A stretch of DNA of 64,000 nt from Octopus sinensis (Eukaryota): assembly GCF_006345805.1 (NCBI RefSeq), contig NC_043001.1, positions 77,128,001-77,192,000 of the forward strand. Direction: 5' to 3'. Positions 11,869 to 25,574 of the stretch are shown here, one piece after another. The notes beneath the pieces were generated by a model. The model saw nothing but the letters and a program-made list of their open reading frames with translations, ran no database searches and was not told where the DNA came from. Position numbers and translations under genes: made by a program. Every line of letters starts with the position of its first letter. Within the stretch, counting starts at the first letter, position 1.

Positions 11869-12989
11869 TGAAGATTCTTCCAACAATTTGAAGTATTACA
11901 ATTTTTCACCAGATATGAAAAAGATTTTGTGTTCTGGTGATGAAAATCATGTTAATTTTTTTGTTTCTATTAACTCATAATAACCAATTTAAAATTTTGT
12001 AACTTTAGCCAATTGGAAACCACCATTGTCCACATGCGGAATACCTGAAATACCTCAAGTGGTTGGAAGAATTTTAAAATGATCCTTTCCTTCTTTTTGT
12101 CTGAGAAAGAAAGCTTTTATTTAATTTACAGACTAACCCCCATACCTCAAGTTATTTCTCTGCTTGTTATTCGCCATATATAAAATGGGAGGAATGTGAG
12201 TGGTTTACTGTGGCTTTGAAATACTGCCTGCTTGTTGTAGTGGTTGATGTCCCCGTGAATATAGTTCACTCCTCCTCTCCTTATACTGTCCTTGCGTTAT
12301 TGTTATTATTATTATTATTTTTGTTTTTGTTATTTGTTAAACCCAGACAAGGGTTATAAGGTGTAGTTTAGCTTGAGTTAGGTCACGTTCCTTCTTTGTC
12401 CTCATGCCAACACAATGCATATACTATTTTAATTAGACGGTCTACACAAACACTCACACGTGCTTGATTAAATATACACTCACAAACAAGCAAAGTCAAG
12501 TACATACTTCTCTTTAGAAGCCCTCCCCCCCACAAACATGCACACGCACACACACATGTATGCATGTCAACTACATATGGAAAAAATCCAAAGGTTTTTC
12601 CATCAATTTCTGTGATGTCCAGTTGTTCAATCAACTGGACTGTCCCTTCAAGGAATTTTAATATTGGTGGCTGAATATTTCTAATACCCTTGTAAAATTA
12701 ACATAATATTCAAGCAGAATCACCATAAAACTGTGTCTATCAGTGGATGACCCATTTCAGTTACTGGTACAGCTCTTCTGCTGCCCAATTTCACTTACAA
12801 AACTTGTTGTTGACCTGAGTCAGTGCTAAAAGATCTGTGTCCAGTAGCCACACAGGGAGATCAAACTCAACACTTACCTACTTTAGATTTTATTTGTTTC
12901 AGTCATTGAACTGTGGCCATGCTAGCCTCCAACACTTCAACACTTCAACACACTGTGTTGAAGGGTTTAAGTGGAAGAAATTAACCCTA

Positions 12990-13358
12990 GTATTTCACTC
13001 TTTTACTTGTTTCAGTCATTTGACTGTGGACATGCTGGAGCACCATCTTTAGTTGAGCAAATCGACCCCAGGACTTATTCTTTGTAAGCCTAGTACTTAT
13101 TCTATCGGTCTCTTTTGCCGAACCGCTAAGTTACGGGGACGTAAACACACCACCATCGGTTGTCAAGCGATGCTGGGGGAACAAACACAGACACACAAAC
13201 ATATACATACAGTTTCCGTCTACCAAATCCACTCACAAGGCTTTGGTCGGCCCGAGGCTATAGTAGAAGACACTTGCCCAAGGTGTCACGCAGTGGGACT
13301 GAACCCCGGACCATGTGGTTGGTAAGCAAGCTACTTACCACACAGCCACTCCTGCGCC
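12990..13358 (-). mobile_element. Family A CORE-type SINE
   Basis: Near full-length copy collinear with 11463-11868. Confidence 0.85.
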
Positions 13359-14546
13359 TTATTTATTTATTATTTATAATTTTCTTTGTTTTTACTTTTG
13401 GTACTTCTTCTATTGGTCTCTTTTGCAGAGCTGCTAAATTATGGGGGATATAAACAAACTAACATTGGTTTTCAAGTGGTGAAGGGGACAAATACAAACA
13501 TCAAGATACACACACACACACACACATGCATACACATAGATGGGCTTCCACACAGTTTCCATCTACCATATTTACTAGCAAAGCTTTGGTTGACTTGGGG
13601 TTGTAGTTGGAGACACTTGTCCAAGGTGCTGCACAGTGAGACTGAACCTGAAACTATGTAGTTGCAAAGTGAGATTCTTAACCATACAGCCATATATGTT
13701 AATCATAATTTTTTTTAGTAACTTGGCCATGTAGGTATGTACAGAAGTTTATTTCTTAACCACAAGGTCATCGGTTCAATTCCACTGTGTATCTTCTTGG
13801 TTAATTGTTTTTTTTTTTTATCACAGGTTCCAGTGGACCCAAACCTTGTGAGTAAAATTTGGTGGAGGGAAACAGTAGAAGCCTGTTGGTTGAATTGTAA
13901 TGGGTGTAGCAAAAAAACCCCAAAATACCCCAAAACAAAGAAACCCTCAGATTAACCATTCTTGATAAACATTTTATTAACAAATGCACAATATGCACTG
14001 ATCCAAACTGGAAAGAAAATGGTGAACTGTTAGCTACATGGAAATACTAGCACTGTCTGCCTGACATCATTGGTGCCACACCAATGTCTGGGAGGTTTTT
14101 CTGCCTCACAGTATGCCTGTAAACCGAACATACAGCTTTGTCAGCCAGTGTGACATCTGATTCTGGTACCTGTTAAGAGTATATGTACCTATAAAATATT
14201 CAGTCACTCATATGCTTAATCACAGAGGTGCATGGCTTAGTGGTTAGGGCGTTGAACTCCTGATCATAAGATTGTGGTTTCGATTCCTGGACTGGGTGAT
14301 GCATTGTGCTCTTGAACCAACTGCTTCTTTCATTCTGCTCCAGTCCACTCAACTGGTAAAAGAGAGTAATCCTGGGATGAAACAGCATCCTGTCCAGGGA
14401 GCAGCATAAACTCATCCATGCTGATGGCACGCAAAAAAGCACTCAGTACATTCTCTTAAGTGGTTGGCATTAGGAAGGGCATCCAGCCATGGAAACTATA
14501 CCACAACAAACAATTGGAGTCCGGACAACTCCCTGTTAGCATGGAA

Positions 14547-14722
14547 ATCAGACATTAAACTCTGATGTGGCTGTGTGGTAAGAAGCTTGCTTCCCAACCA
14601 CATGGTTCTGGGTTCAGTCCTACAGCGTGGCACCTTGGGCAAGTGTCTTCTACTATATCCTTGGGCTGACCAAAGCCTTGTGAGTGGATTTGGTTGACGG
14701 AAACTGAAAAAAGCCTGTTGTG

Positions 14723-14756
<34 letters not shown>

Positions 14757-14958
14757 TATGTGTGTGTGTGTTTGTCCCCCCACCATTGCTTGACAACCGA
14801 TGTTGGTGTGTTTATGTCCCCATAATTTAGCGGTTCAGCAAAAGAGACCAATAGAATAAGTACTAAGCTTACAAAGAATTAGTCCTGGGGCCGATTAGTT
14901 TGACTAAAGGCGGTGCTCTAGCATTGCTGCAGTCAAATGACTTAAACAAATAAAAGAA
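14547..14958 (+). mobile_element. Family A CORE-type SINE
   Basis: Full head, (TA)/(TG) centre and tail on the + strand. Confidence 0.85.
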
Positions 14959-15390
14959 TATATATACATATATATAAAATTACAAAGTGAGATAGGGGTT
15001 GTGAGTGTAACCCTCTATGGGATAACATATATCCAATATACTGCCAGTAAAGCACCCAGAAATGCTAATACATAAATGTTAAGAATTGCAATGCAATTAA
15101 TTCATTTATTGTATTATATGGGCGAAGGTAAAATGTTTTATATTTATATTTATTTATACATATTGTACTTATGGTATTATATTACACATTGATGTGTACT
15201 GTTTTATTCTGTATTATTATGTTTAATTTGGATGTTCCTATATAATTAGTTAATAAATTATATGAATTGGTATTAGAGTAATGTGGACTAACTGTATGCT
15301 TATTCACTGAATAGAGACTTCAGTCGATTGAATGAGAATGTCCATCATTGAAGCTAAAGAGTGCTTATTGCATACACATATACATACACA

Positions 15391-15530
15391 CAGGGCGTGA
15401 GGGAATGTCGACATCTACCTCAATTCAGGACAGAAAGGTATGATTGCAGAGGAAGCATAGGAAGTGGGCTGTTGATGGGATGGTCATGATGTCCTTGTTT
15501 ATCCTATTTTTCTCTTATCTGCATGGATAA
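15391..15530 (-). mobile_element. 3' end fragment of an RTE (BovB-like) LINE
   Basis: Matches the 3' terminal part of 17625-18132. Confidence 0.6.
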
Positions 15531-16417
15531 TCCTGTGGGTGTCTTCATTGACACACCCACCTACATGCACCTCTTACATATATTTTTATCAACAGAACGT
15601 TATAGAACTGACTCAAAGGATGGGAGTTTTGTAGATGGCATTTATATCAAACACATCCCTTTCTTTTACTTTTCTTTTTTTCTTTTACTTGTTACAGTCA
15701 TTAGACTAGTGGCCATGCTGGGGCACTACCTTGAAGAATTTTAGTGAAATGACTTGACCACAGTACATAATTTTTGAATCCTAGTACTTATTCTATCAGT
15801 CTTTTTTGTCAAACTACCAAGTTCTTCTTTTTCTTCTTAATCCTTTTTGCTCCTTGTAGAGCATAGGGCCAGTTTCCCAGTTTCCTTGGCGTATAGGTTT
15901 CCCACTTGGATGGGACGCCAGTCTGTCGCAGGTGAGCTGCAAGATGCAGGAGGAAAGAGTGGGAGAAAGTTGTGACAAAAGAGTCAGCAGAAGTTCGCCA
16001 TTACCTTCTGCCGGAGCCGCATGAAGCTCAGGTGTTTCGCTCATAAACACACACATCGCCCAGTCTGAGATTCGAACCCACGATCCCTTGACTGTGAATC
16101 CGCTGTTCTAACCACTAGGCCATGTGCCTCCACAAACTACCAAGTTAGGGGGATGTAAAGAAACCAACATTGGTTGAAAAGTGTAGTGGTGATGGACAAG
16201 TACAGACACAAACAGATACACATACACACACACACACACATATATATGATGAACTTCTTTCAGTTTCCAATCCTTACGAGACTTTGGTTGGCCTGAGGCT
16301 ATAATAGAAGACACTTGCTCAAGGTGCCACACAGTGGGATTGAACCTGGAACCTTGTGGTTGGGAAGCAAACTGCTTACTGCACAACCATGCTTTTATAT
16401 ATGTGTGTGTGTGTGAG

Positions 16418-16448
<31 letters not shown>

Positions 16449-17112
16449 ATATATGTGTATGTGTATGTATGTGTGTGTATCTATATATGTTTAGATGTGT
16501 GTGTATCTATATATGTATATATATATGTGTGTATATATGTATATATGTGTATGTGTGTATATATGTATATATGTGTATGTGTGTATACATGTATATATGT
16601 GTATGTATCTATACATGTATATATGTGTATGTATCTATACATGTATATATGTGTATGTATCTATACATGTATATATGTGTATGTATCTATACATGTATAT
16701 ATGTGTGTGTATCTATACATGTATATGTGTGTGTATCTATACATATATATATATATGTGTGTGTGTATCTATACATGTATATATGTCTCTATTAATGCAT
16801 GTATATATGTGTGTGTATCTCTATATGTATATATGTGTGTGTATCTATATATGTATATATATGTGTGTATATATATGTATATATGCGTATGTATGTATAT
16901 ATGTATGTATATATACATATGCATGTATATATACGTATGTATGATGTATACATCCATACATTAAAAGAGATTAATAAATCTGGGCTGATATCTAGAAAGC
17001 ATTCAGTGTTAAATGAACTTGGTTAACTATATGAAACAATAAAATTCCTCTAAAATTGGATAGAAGTAATGCCCAAAACAATTACTTATATATGATAGAT
17101 AAATCTAAATAT

Positions 17113-17143
<31 letters not shown>

Positions 17144-17624
17144 GTGTGGTGTGTGTGGGTGTGTTGTAGTGATGATCATGCTTTTGGAATGTCAGTTTAC
17201 ATATTAAAGCTAAAGTAAAGGTGAGTGGCTTATGACTGATTGTGACTAGGTGGTTTATGATGGTCTGTGACTAAATGCTTCTCATTCATGCATGAATTTT
17301 GGTCTTTGTAATGAAATCCTTATTGAGGCATCAACAACCTCATAATTTACAAACTTGATGACTCCTCTACCAATTATTAGAAATTCTTAAAATTATACAG
17401 TGAGTTTTTGTTTGTTTGTCTTTTATTCTGTTATTCTGTTGCTTGTTTCAGTCATTTGACTGTGGCCATGCTGGAATACTGCCCCAAACGGTTCTTTTTT
17501 TCAGTTGAAGAAATTGACCACAGGACTTACTCTTTGTAAGCCTTGCATCCACTCTATCAGTCTCTTTTGCTGAGCTGCTTGTGTATGGGGATGTAAACAC
17601 ACCAACACATTCTTTGTGAGCAAA

Positions 17625-18132
17625 GATTCGCTGGGGCACAGCGAATGTCTACGTCTATCCCTATTCAAAACTGAAAGGCATGATTGCAAAGTCTGCATGG
17701 GAAGGTGGGCTGGTGTTGGGTTGGTCATGATGTCCTTGTTTTTTCTTCTTTTGTCTTGTTTGTGAGGATAATGTTGTGGCTGTCTTCAAAGGAAGTTGTT
17801 GCTTGAGGGACAGTGTGATGCCAGGCTTCATGGTCATTGGCAAGAGCAGTGGTGATCAATCTGGTAGCCATTGAGGTGTTTCTTTAGTATGTCCTTGTAC
17901 CACATCTTTGGATCTCCTCTACCACCTTGATCAGAGGAGGGTTCACCATACAGTGTGATCTTAAAGTCAATGATCCTCTATCCTGGTATGTCTTGTCCAA
18001 CATAGCTGTATCTTTTAGTAGAGTTGCTTTGATGCTGGTGACTTTCATCAGCTCCAGAACCTTGGTGTTAGTGATGAATTCACTCCAAACGATACTGAGG
18101 ATGATGCAAAAGTAGTTCTGATGGAATCACTC
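17625..18132 (-). mobile_element. Degenerate RTE (BovB-like) LINE 3' end
   Basis: Minus-strand translation across frameshifts: FHQNYFCIILSIVWSEFITNTKVLE..SIKATLLK..ITLYGEPSS..RGDPKMWYKDILKKHL..LANDHEAWHHTV. This is a typical RTE C-terminus. Confidence 0.75.
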
Positions 18133-18544
18133 AAGGAGTAAGTTTCTAATTACTCACTGATGAAAATAATAAATTACTATCATTATCACTATCCTCACCA
18201 TCATCATCATCATCATTTAACGTCTGTTTTCCATGCTGCCATAGGTTGCATGGTTTGACCAGAGCTAGCAAGCAGGTGAGCTGCACCAGGTTCCAACCTG
18301 ATTTGGTCTGGTTCCTATGGCTGGATGACCTTCCTAATGCTAACTCTACAGAGTGTACTGGGTGCTTTTCACCTGGCAAAGGCATTGATGTTATTACATT
18401 GTACTGGCATGGGTGACTGCTACATGGTACTGGCATAGGTGTTATGTAGTGCTGGCATGGGAGCTTTTTATGTGGCACCACCATGGGGTTCCTCTTAATG
18501 AATCAGTTTATGTATATTATACTGTAATTTTATATTACACTTTA

Positions 18545-18762
18545 CTCTTTTACTTGTTTCAGTCATTTGACTGTGGCCATGCTGGAGCACTGCCTTTAGT
18601 CGAAGAAATCAACCCCAGGACTTATTTTTTGTAAGCCTAGTACTTATTCTATCGGTCTCTTTTGCTGAACTGCTAAATGACAGGGATGTAAACACACCAA
18701 CATCGGTTGTCAAGTGATGCTGGGGGACAAACACAGACACACAAACATATACACACACATGC

Positions 18763-18797
<35 letters not shown>

Positions 18798-18874
18798 CAT
18801 ACACATATACACACACACACATGCATATATATATTATATATATATATATACATACACATATACACACACACACA

Positions 18875-18913
<39 letters not shown>

Positions 18914-19074
18914 CGGGCTTCTTTCAGTTTCCGTCTACCAAATCCACTCACAACGCTTTGATTGGCCTGAAGCTATAGTAGAAGACACTTGCCCAAGGTG
19001 CCACGCAGTGGGACTGAACCCAGAACCATGTGGTTGGTAAGCAAGCTACTTACCACACAGCCACTCCTGCGCCT
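18545..19074 (-). mobile_element. Family A CORE-type SINE with an expanded central microsatellite
   Basis: Collinear with other family A copies; about 170 bp of (TA/CA)n in the centre. Confidence 0.85.
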
Positions 19075-19564
19075 ATATATATATTTTATTAATATAGATG
19101 TTCTTTTCTACTCTAGGCACAAGGCCTGAAATTTTTAGGGAGGGGACCAGTCGATTAGATCGACCCCAGTATACAACTGGTACTTAATTTATTGACCCTG
19201 AAAGGATGAAAGGCAAAGTTGACCTCGGTGGAAATTGCACTCAGAATATAGAGCTGGAAAAAATACCACTAAGCATTTTTCCCGGTATGGTAACGATTTT
19301 GCCAGTTTGCTGCCTGAACTCAGATTGTAGAGACAGATGAAATACTGCTCAGTATTTTGCCTGACATGCTACCATTTCTGCCAGCTTGCCACCTTATTGA
19401 TATAAGTATTATAGGCACAAGCATGGCAGTGTGGCAAGAAGCTTGCTTCTTAACTGCATGTTTCTAGGTTCAGTCCCACTTTATGGCACCTTGGACAAAT
19501 GTCATCTGCTATGCCCTCAGGTTGATCAAAGCCTTGTGAATAGATTTGGTAGACAGAAACTGGA

Positions 19565-19795
19565 AGGTGGTGAGCTGGCAGAATCGTTAGCATGCTGGCG
19601 AAATGCTTAGCGGTATTTTGTCTGCCCTTATGTTCTGAGTTCAAATTCCGCAGAGGTCGACTTTGCCTTTCATCATTTCGGGGTCGATAAATTAAGTACC
19701 AGTTACGCACTGGAGTCGATGTAATTGACTTAACCCCTTTGTCTGTCCTTGTTTGTCCCCTCTGTGTTTAGCTCCTTCTGGGCAATAAAGAAGTA
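19565..19795 (+). mobile_element. tRNA-derived SINE with a Meta/MESC-like central domain (family B)
   Basis: AAGGTGGTGAGCTGGCAGAATCGTTAG..GAGTTCAAATTCC..GCCTTTCATC(C/A)TTTCGGGGTCGATAAATTAAGTACCAG. Many copies, e.g. 5560, 30790, 31342, 37630, 37865, 53315 (+) and 19105, 21780, 52846, 56320, 57245, 59815 (-). The Meta-domain assignment is from memory. Confidence 0.75.
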
Positions 19796-19817
19796 AGAAA
19801 CTGGAAGGAGCCCACAG

Positions 19818-19849
<32 letters not shown>

Positions 19850-20547
19850 TATATATATGTGTGTGTGTGTATGTATGTCTTTGTCTCTATCCTGCACCAC
19901 TACTTAACTACTGGTGTGTGGTATGTTTATGTCCCTGTAACTTAGCAGTTTGGCAAGAGAGATCGATTAAATAAATACCAGCCTTAAAAAAAAAAATAAC
20001 AAATAATGTACTGTGGTTGATTCATTTGACTAAAACTTCTTTGAGGCTGTGCCCCGATATGGCCACAGTCGATTGAAACAAGTAAAAGATAAATTATAAA
20101 AAATATAGTTGGAAAGCAAGATTCTTAGCCATAGAGACATGTGTTCTTATCACCATACCTGTGCCTTGCAAGATTCTTGTAATATTCTTACAGTCTTCAT
20201 CAATGGTCAACTTCCAATTTGAATGTGATCATTCACTTGCCTTTACTTTACATATTCACTGCTAGGCATAGCAGCTAAATCTCCATCGTAATATACATTA
20301 TTATACTAGCTCATGAAACTATACATACTTTGTATCAGATAGTGTATGAAAAAAAAAAAATAGTTGAAGGAGTCAAGTGGAACTTGAACCCATATTTGCC
20401 AGTTAGATTCTATAAGTGCTTTGCTGATTAACCTACTGACCATTCAAATATTTTCCTGTCTCCTTTATTATCTCATATAAACATAGGTTTATGAGGTTAT
20501 CAAGAATGCCACCCTCCTCCTGAGCATGTATGTGCAGGCTTTGCCTC

Positions 20548-20580
<33 letters not shown>

Positions 20581-20731
20581 GTGTGTGTGTGTTTTGACAT
20601 AACTCATTTTCTCTCTCTCTTTCTCTCTCTCATATATATGTATATGCATATATTATGCATACATACATAAATACATATGCAAGTGCGTGTCTATATACAC
20701 ACACATATATACTGAGATAATGTATAAATAT

Positions 20732-20785
<54 letters not shown>

Positions 20786-21247
20786 TATTAAAGCAAACAT
20801 ATGTACATACATGTATGCATACACATGTGTGTGTGTGTATATAATATATATACATATATGTTATTTATATATGTATTAGATAGATAGATAATATATATAA
20901 ATAATATATATAATACATATATAAGTAACATATAGGTATATATATTATATACACACATATCTATCTATATATATATTATATAATACGTGTATACATGTGT
21001 GTATAGGCATGTATGTGTGTGTGTGTGTGTGTGTATATATATAAAACTGTATACATGTATACATTAGTCTGTTATACATATATATATATATGTGTGTATG
21101 TATACACACACATACATATATACATATACGTACATACTCACACACATATATAATAGATATATATATATTATACATACATATATATACATACACATATATA
21201 CAAATAGTATATATATATACATATATATATTATACATATACATACAG

Positions 21248-21279
<32 letters not shown>

Positions 21280-22038
21280 GTACATGTATATACATATGCA
21301 CATAATAAATATATATATACACACATACACAAGTATATGTGTGTGTGTGTGTGTGTGTGTGCATAATATATGTATATATATATAGTGGTATAGTGGTTTG
21401 GAGACAGGAAATTAGTATGTAACTAGTAGTTTAATAAGAGAAAGACACTTTGGGGTTGCTCTTGACAATGTGGTAATTAAAGACCTGTCTTCTCCTTCTT
21501 CTTGTGGTCATTATAAGATCCGTTTCCTCCTCCAGCAGATGAAATAGAACAAAACAGACTCTGTACCTAACCTTGACAGGCGTTAACCACTACAAGAATA
21601 ATGAGAAAAATATGGAGAGTAGTACTCTCTCTGCTCCCATTGCTGCTGGTGCCGTCGCTACCTCCACCACCACCACCACCACTACTACAGCTGATACCAT
21701 CAACTCCAGCACTTGACTGGTACTTTATTTTATCAAGCACCGAAAAGATGAAAAGGAGAGTTGACATTGGTGGGATCTGATAATAATAATAATAATAATT
21801 TCAAATTTTTGCCATGAGGGCAGCTGGAGGAGGTGGGGATAACTGAAATACATTGACCCCAGTGTTCAACTGGTACTTATTTTATCGAACCTGATAGGAT
21901 GAAAAGCAAAGTCAACTTTGATAGAATTTGAACTCAGAATGTAGTGATGTGCGAAATACTGCTAAGAATTTCGTTGAGCATGCTAACGATTCTACCAGCT
22001 TGCCGCCTTCATAATAATAATAATAATAATAATAATAA

Positions 22039-22998
22039 TGGATGTGTAATGTCAGTTGGATGTGTAATGTCAGTGTGCATACTCGTGGATGTGTAATGTC
22101 AGTGTGCATACTCGACAGAGCTTTAGTACCTTGAGAGAAATGTTGGATTTAAGAAGCATCAGTTGTGGTGTGCAAGAGAGACGATTGCGCTGGTATGGTC
22201 ATGTGGCGAGAATGGATGAAATTAGGTGTGTGAAAAAGTGCCAATCCCTAGCAGTTGAGGGAACCTGTGGAAGAGGTAGACCCAGGAAAACCTGGGATGA
22301 GGTGGTGAAGCACGACCTTCGAACTTTAGGCCTCACTGAGGAAATGACCAGTGACCGAGACCTTTGGAAATATGCTGTATGTGAGAAGACCAGACAGGAC
22401 AAGTGAGTCCAGCCCACTTATGCATGCCTTTCCTCCCTTGGACACACAAAGACCTGTTGAGGCAAGCGAAGTCGATATCGAACCTCATCCGACGACAGGC
22501 ACCCATGCCAACCCCCCTTTGCTTGCGAAGACCTGTTGGGGCAAGTGAAATCGAAATCGGAATCGAAATAATCCTATGACTGGCACCCAGCAGATGCCAG
22601 GACCCCTGGACTGGTGGTACGTAAAAAAGCACTATCCGAATCGTGGCCGATGCCAGCGCTGCCTCGACTGGCTTCCGTGCTGGTGGCACATAAAAAGCAC
22701 CATCCGAATCGTGGCCGAAGCCAGTGCCACCTTGACTGGCTTCCGTGCTGGTGGCACCTAAAATGCACCAATCTGACTGTGGCTGTTGCCAGCCTCACCT
22801 GGCACCTGTGCAGGTGGCACGTAAAAAGCATCCACTACACTCACGGAGTGGTTGGCGTTAGGAAGGGCATCCAGCTGTTGAAACATTGCCAGATAAGACT
22901 GGAGCCTGGTGCAGCCTTCTGACTACCCAGATCCCTGGTCGAACCGTCCAACCCATGCTAGCATGGAGAACGGACGTTAAACGATGATGATGATGATG
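22039..22998 (+). mobile_element. 5'-truncated RTE LINE: ORF C-terminus, full 3' UTR and (GAT)n tail
   Basis: ORF 22089-22406 reads RRLRWYGHVARMDE..EGTCGRGRPRKTWDEVVKHDL..DRDLWKYAV*. The 3' UTR has internal repeats and ends GGACGTTAAACGATGATGATG. Shorter 3' derivatives at about 18200, 31945, 41170, 48010, 48215 and 56900. Confidence 0.9.
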
Positions 22999-23358
22999 AA
23001 TAATTCTTTTCTAACTTTGCTCCAAGGCCAGTTGTTTTGAGTGTTAGGGTAAGTCAGTTATAACAACTCCAGTGCTCTGCTGGTACCTAGTTTAGCAACC
23101 CCAAAAGGATGTAAGGCAAAGTTGATCTTGGCAACATTTGAACTCTGAACATAAACAGCTGGAAGAAATGTCACTATGCATTTGTCTGGTACTATAATGA
23201 TTCTATCATCTTGCCACCAGGGTCCATGTCTTTGAGCACAATAAGAAGGCAAAATATAAACATGCTAAAATGGGGTTTACTCTGATTAAAAAAAAGTCAA
23301 CAGAAACAAAACTTTTGACAATAAAAGTTTTCCCAGTTGAGAAGAAGACTGCCTAGGG

Positions 23359-23860
23359 CAGTGTTTCCCGGCATATTTTCCCCTTGGCTCCACTGTAACT
23401 CTCAAGAGAAATATATGCCACACTAGTGGTTGGAAAAAAAAAAAACGACTTCACTTTTAATATCTTATCACAATTATTTAATACAAAAGGATCTACCGGT
23501 AGCTCTTTTATAAAATAATGAGTACAAAAAAAAAGTACATTATTGACTAAGAAAGGAAAGTGAGTCAATTTAATGAGAATCTTGTACCTGGTGATTATGG
23601 CAGATTTCCTTGATTTGAGGAGACAACTTTGTTAGTTTCACTACATTTTGTAGTTTCAAGTTTGTTTCTCTTGGCTCAAAGCAAATCATCAGCAGCATTA
23701 AAGCCACATTTAAACAAATAAAACATGGGGAAATGAATCAAAAGTTCCCTTGCTGAAATGGCAGTGTTAGGGTATTTTCTTTCCAACATCTTCATATAGC
23801 CACATCTTGGTACCTTTCATTTTGAAAAAAAGGTGTTCATTGATTCTTTTTGTATTAAAT
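23359..23860 (-). mobile_element. hAT (Buster/Charlie-type) transposon remnant: transposase C-terminus and one terminus
   Basis: Minus strand: KYPNTAISARELLIHFPMFYLFKCGFNAADDLL*AKRNKLE../VKLTKLSPQIKEICHNHQVQDSH*, resembling the hAT dimerisation domain. Terminus CAGTGTTTCCC at 23359 is preceded by GCCTAGGG (nnnTAnnn). Confidence 0.75.
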
Positions 23861-25204
23861 AATGGATCCCATTCTCCACCACAACTTTCACAGGCTCCCC
23901 TGGCAGAGGTGTATGTCCCACATTGGGAATGATTGGTTTATGTTATTTTGAAGAAACTCCATACAAAGGTGCCAATGTTTTCGGTCAGAAGTTGGTAGGA
24001 AAAACTGAGAGAGTGTATTCTACTAGTTTTTTTACTTCCTGCCTAGAAAATCTATTCAGTCTTGCCCCGTTGAACCTGGTCTGGCCACTCTCACCCACCT
24101 TTTGTCAAACACACAAGACGGAAGCACCTCTCTCTCTTTCTCTCTCTCTTACCTTTGTCTTAGGTGAGAGCTTGACCAAATAAGAAAATATCTGTCTACA
24201 AGCCATTTGGAAGATTCCAACTCACAAACTCTTTGACCATTACCATCTAACAGACTAAGTCTTGCTGGACATCTCTACCAAAAGTTGGTGGCTGTGTCAG
24301 TCCTCTCTAAATCTAAATGAAAGAAACATTCATGCTACATGTTACTGTAGATGCATGTATCCTACATGTTGTAGTAGCTGCATACATCATATATGTGACA
24401 GCAACTACAGTCACTGTACATGTGGCAGCAGTTGCATTCATCCTACATGTGACAGCAACTGAATTTTTTCCTACCTGAGGCAGCAGCATGCATTCATGTT
24501 TGTGAAGCATCCGATCTCAATTATTGAATGTCCAGCACACCTTTCTGGAGCAGCTGATCTTACTTAATTATTGTCTTTAAACCAGAGGTCTTCATGTTGT
24601 GTCCCTTTATGCTTTGTAACTTAGCAGTTTGGCAAATAGGTTACAATACAATACCTACCATCTACCATACTGGAGTATATACTGGGATTGATATGATTCA
24701 CTGGACCCCCTAAGGTTGGTTCCCCTCTATTGCCGCAGCACAATAACAAATTGGTAAAAAAAATTATTTCTGCTTATGAACACAGGTGTGGCTGTGTGGT
24801 ATATACACAAGCACCACACACACACACGGAAACAGATGCATGTGTATGTGTGTATATATATATTTATTATATGCATATGTATATACATGTATGTATATGT
24901 ATAGATGTATATATATGTATATAAATAAATATGTGTATATATATATATATATGTGTATATATGTATGTATATATTTTTGTGTATGTGTGTGCCTGTGTTT
25001 GTCCCTCCCACCCCATCATCACTTGACAACCGATGCTGTTGTGTTTATGTCCCCGTAACTTAGTGGTTCAGCAAAAAAGATTGATGGAATAAGTACTAGG
25101 CTTACAAAGAATAAGTTCCTGGGCAAGTGTCTTCTACTATAGTCTCAGGCCGACCAAAGCCATGAGTAGATTTGGTAAACAGAAGCTTGGTAAAATGAAG
25201 CCTG

Positions 25205-25239
<35 letters not shown>

Positions 25240-25574
25240 CTGTATATATCTATGTATGTGTGTGTCTGTATCGCCCCTCTTAACAACTGGTGCTGTTGTA
25301 TTTATGTTCCTGTAACTTAGCAGTTCAGCAAAAGAGATCAATATAATAAGTACCAGGCTTAAAAAAATGTATGATGCATTCGACTATAAAGTCTTCAATG
25401 TTATGCCCCAGCATGGCCACAGTCTAATGATTGAAACAAGTAAAAGATGAAAGATGCATTTTTGGTAATGTGTTGATGCAGTTATGTAGGTTGTAAGATA
25501 TGAAAACTATTTAAAACCAAATTAAATGAATATAGGTATTAGGGCTATAATCTAAAGGCACCCAAGCACCAAAG

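Noticed and set aside
21520-21570. DEIEQNRL as I-BAR exon 1 (compare EEMHRL)
   Set aside because: No in-frame ATG, a stop three codons later and no usable donor site.
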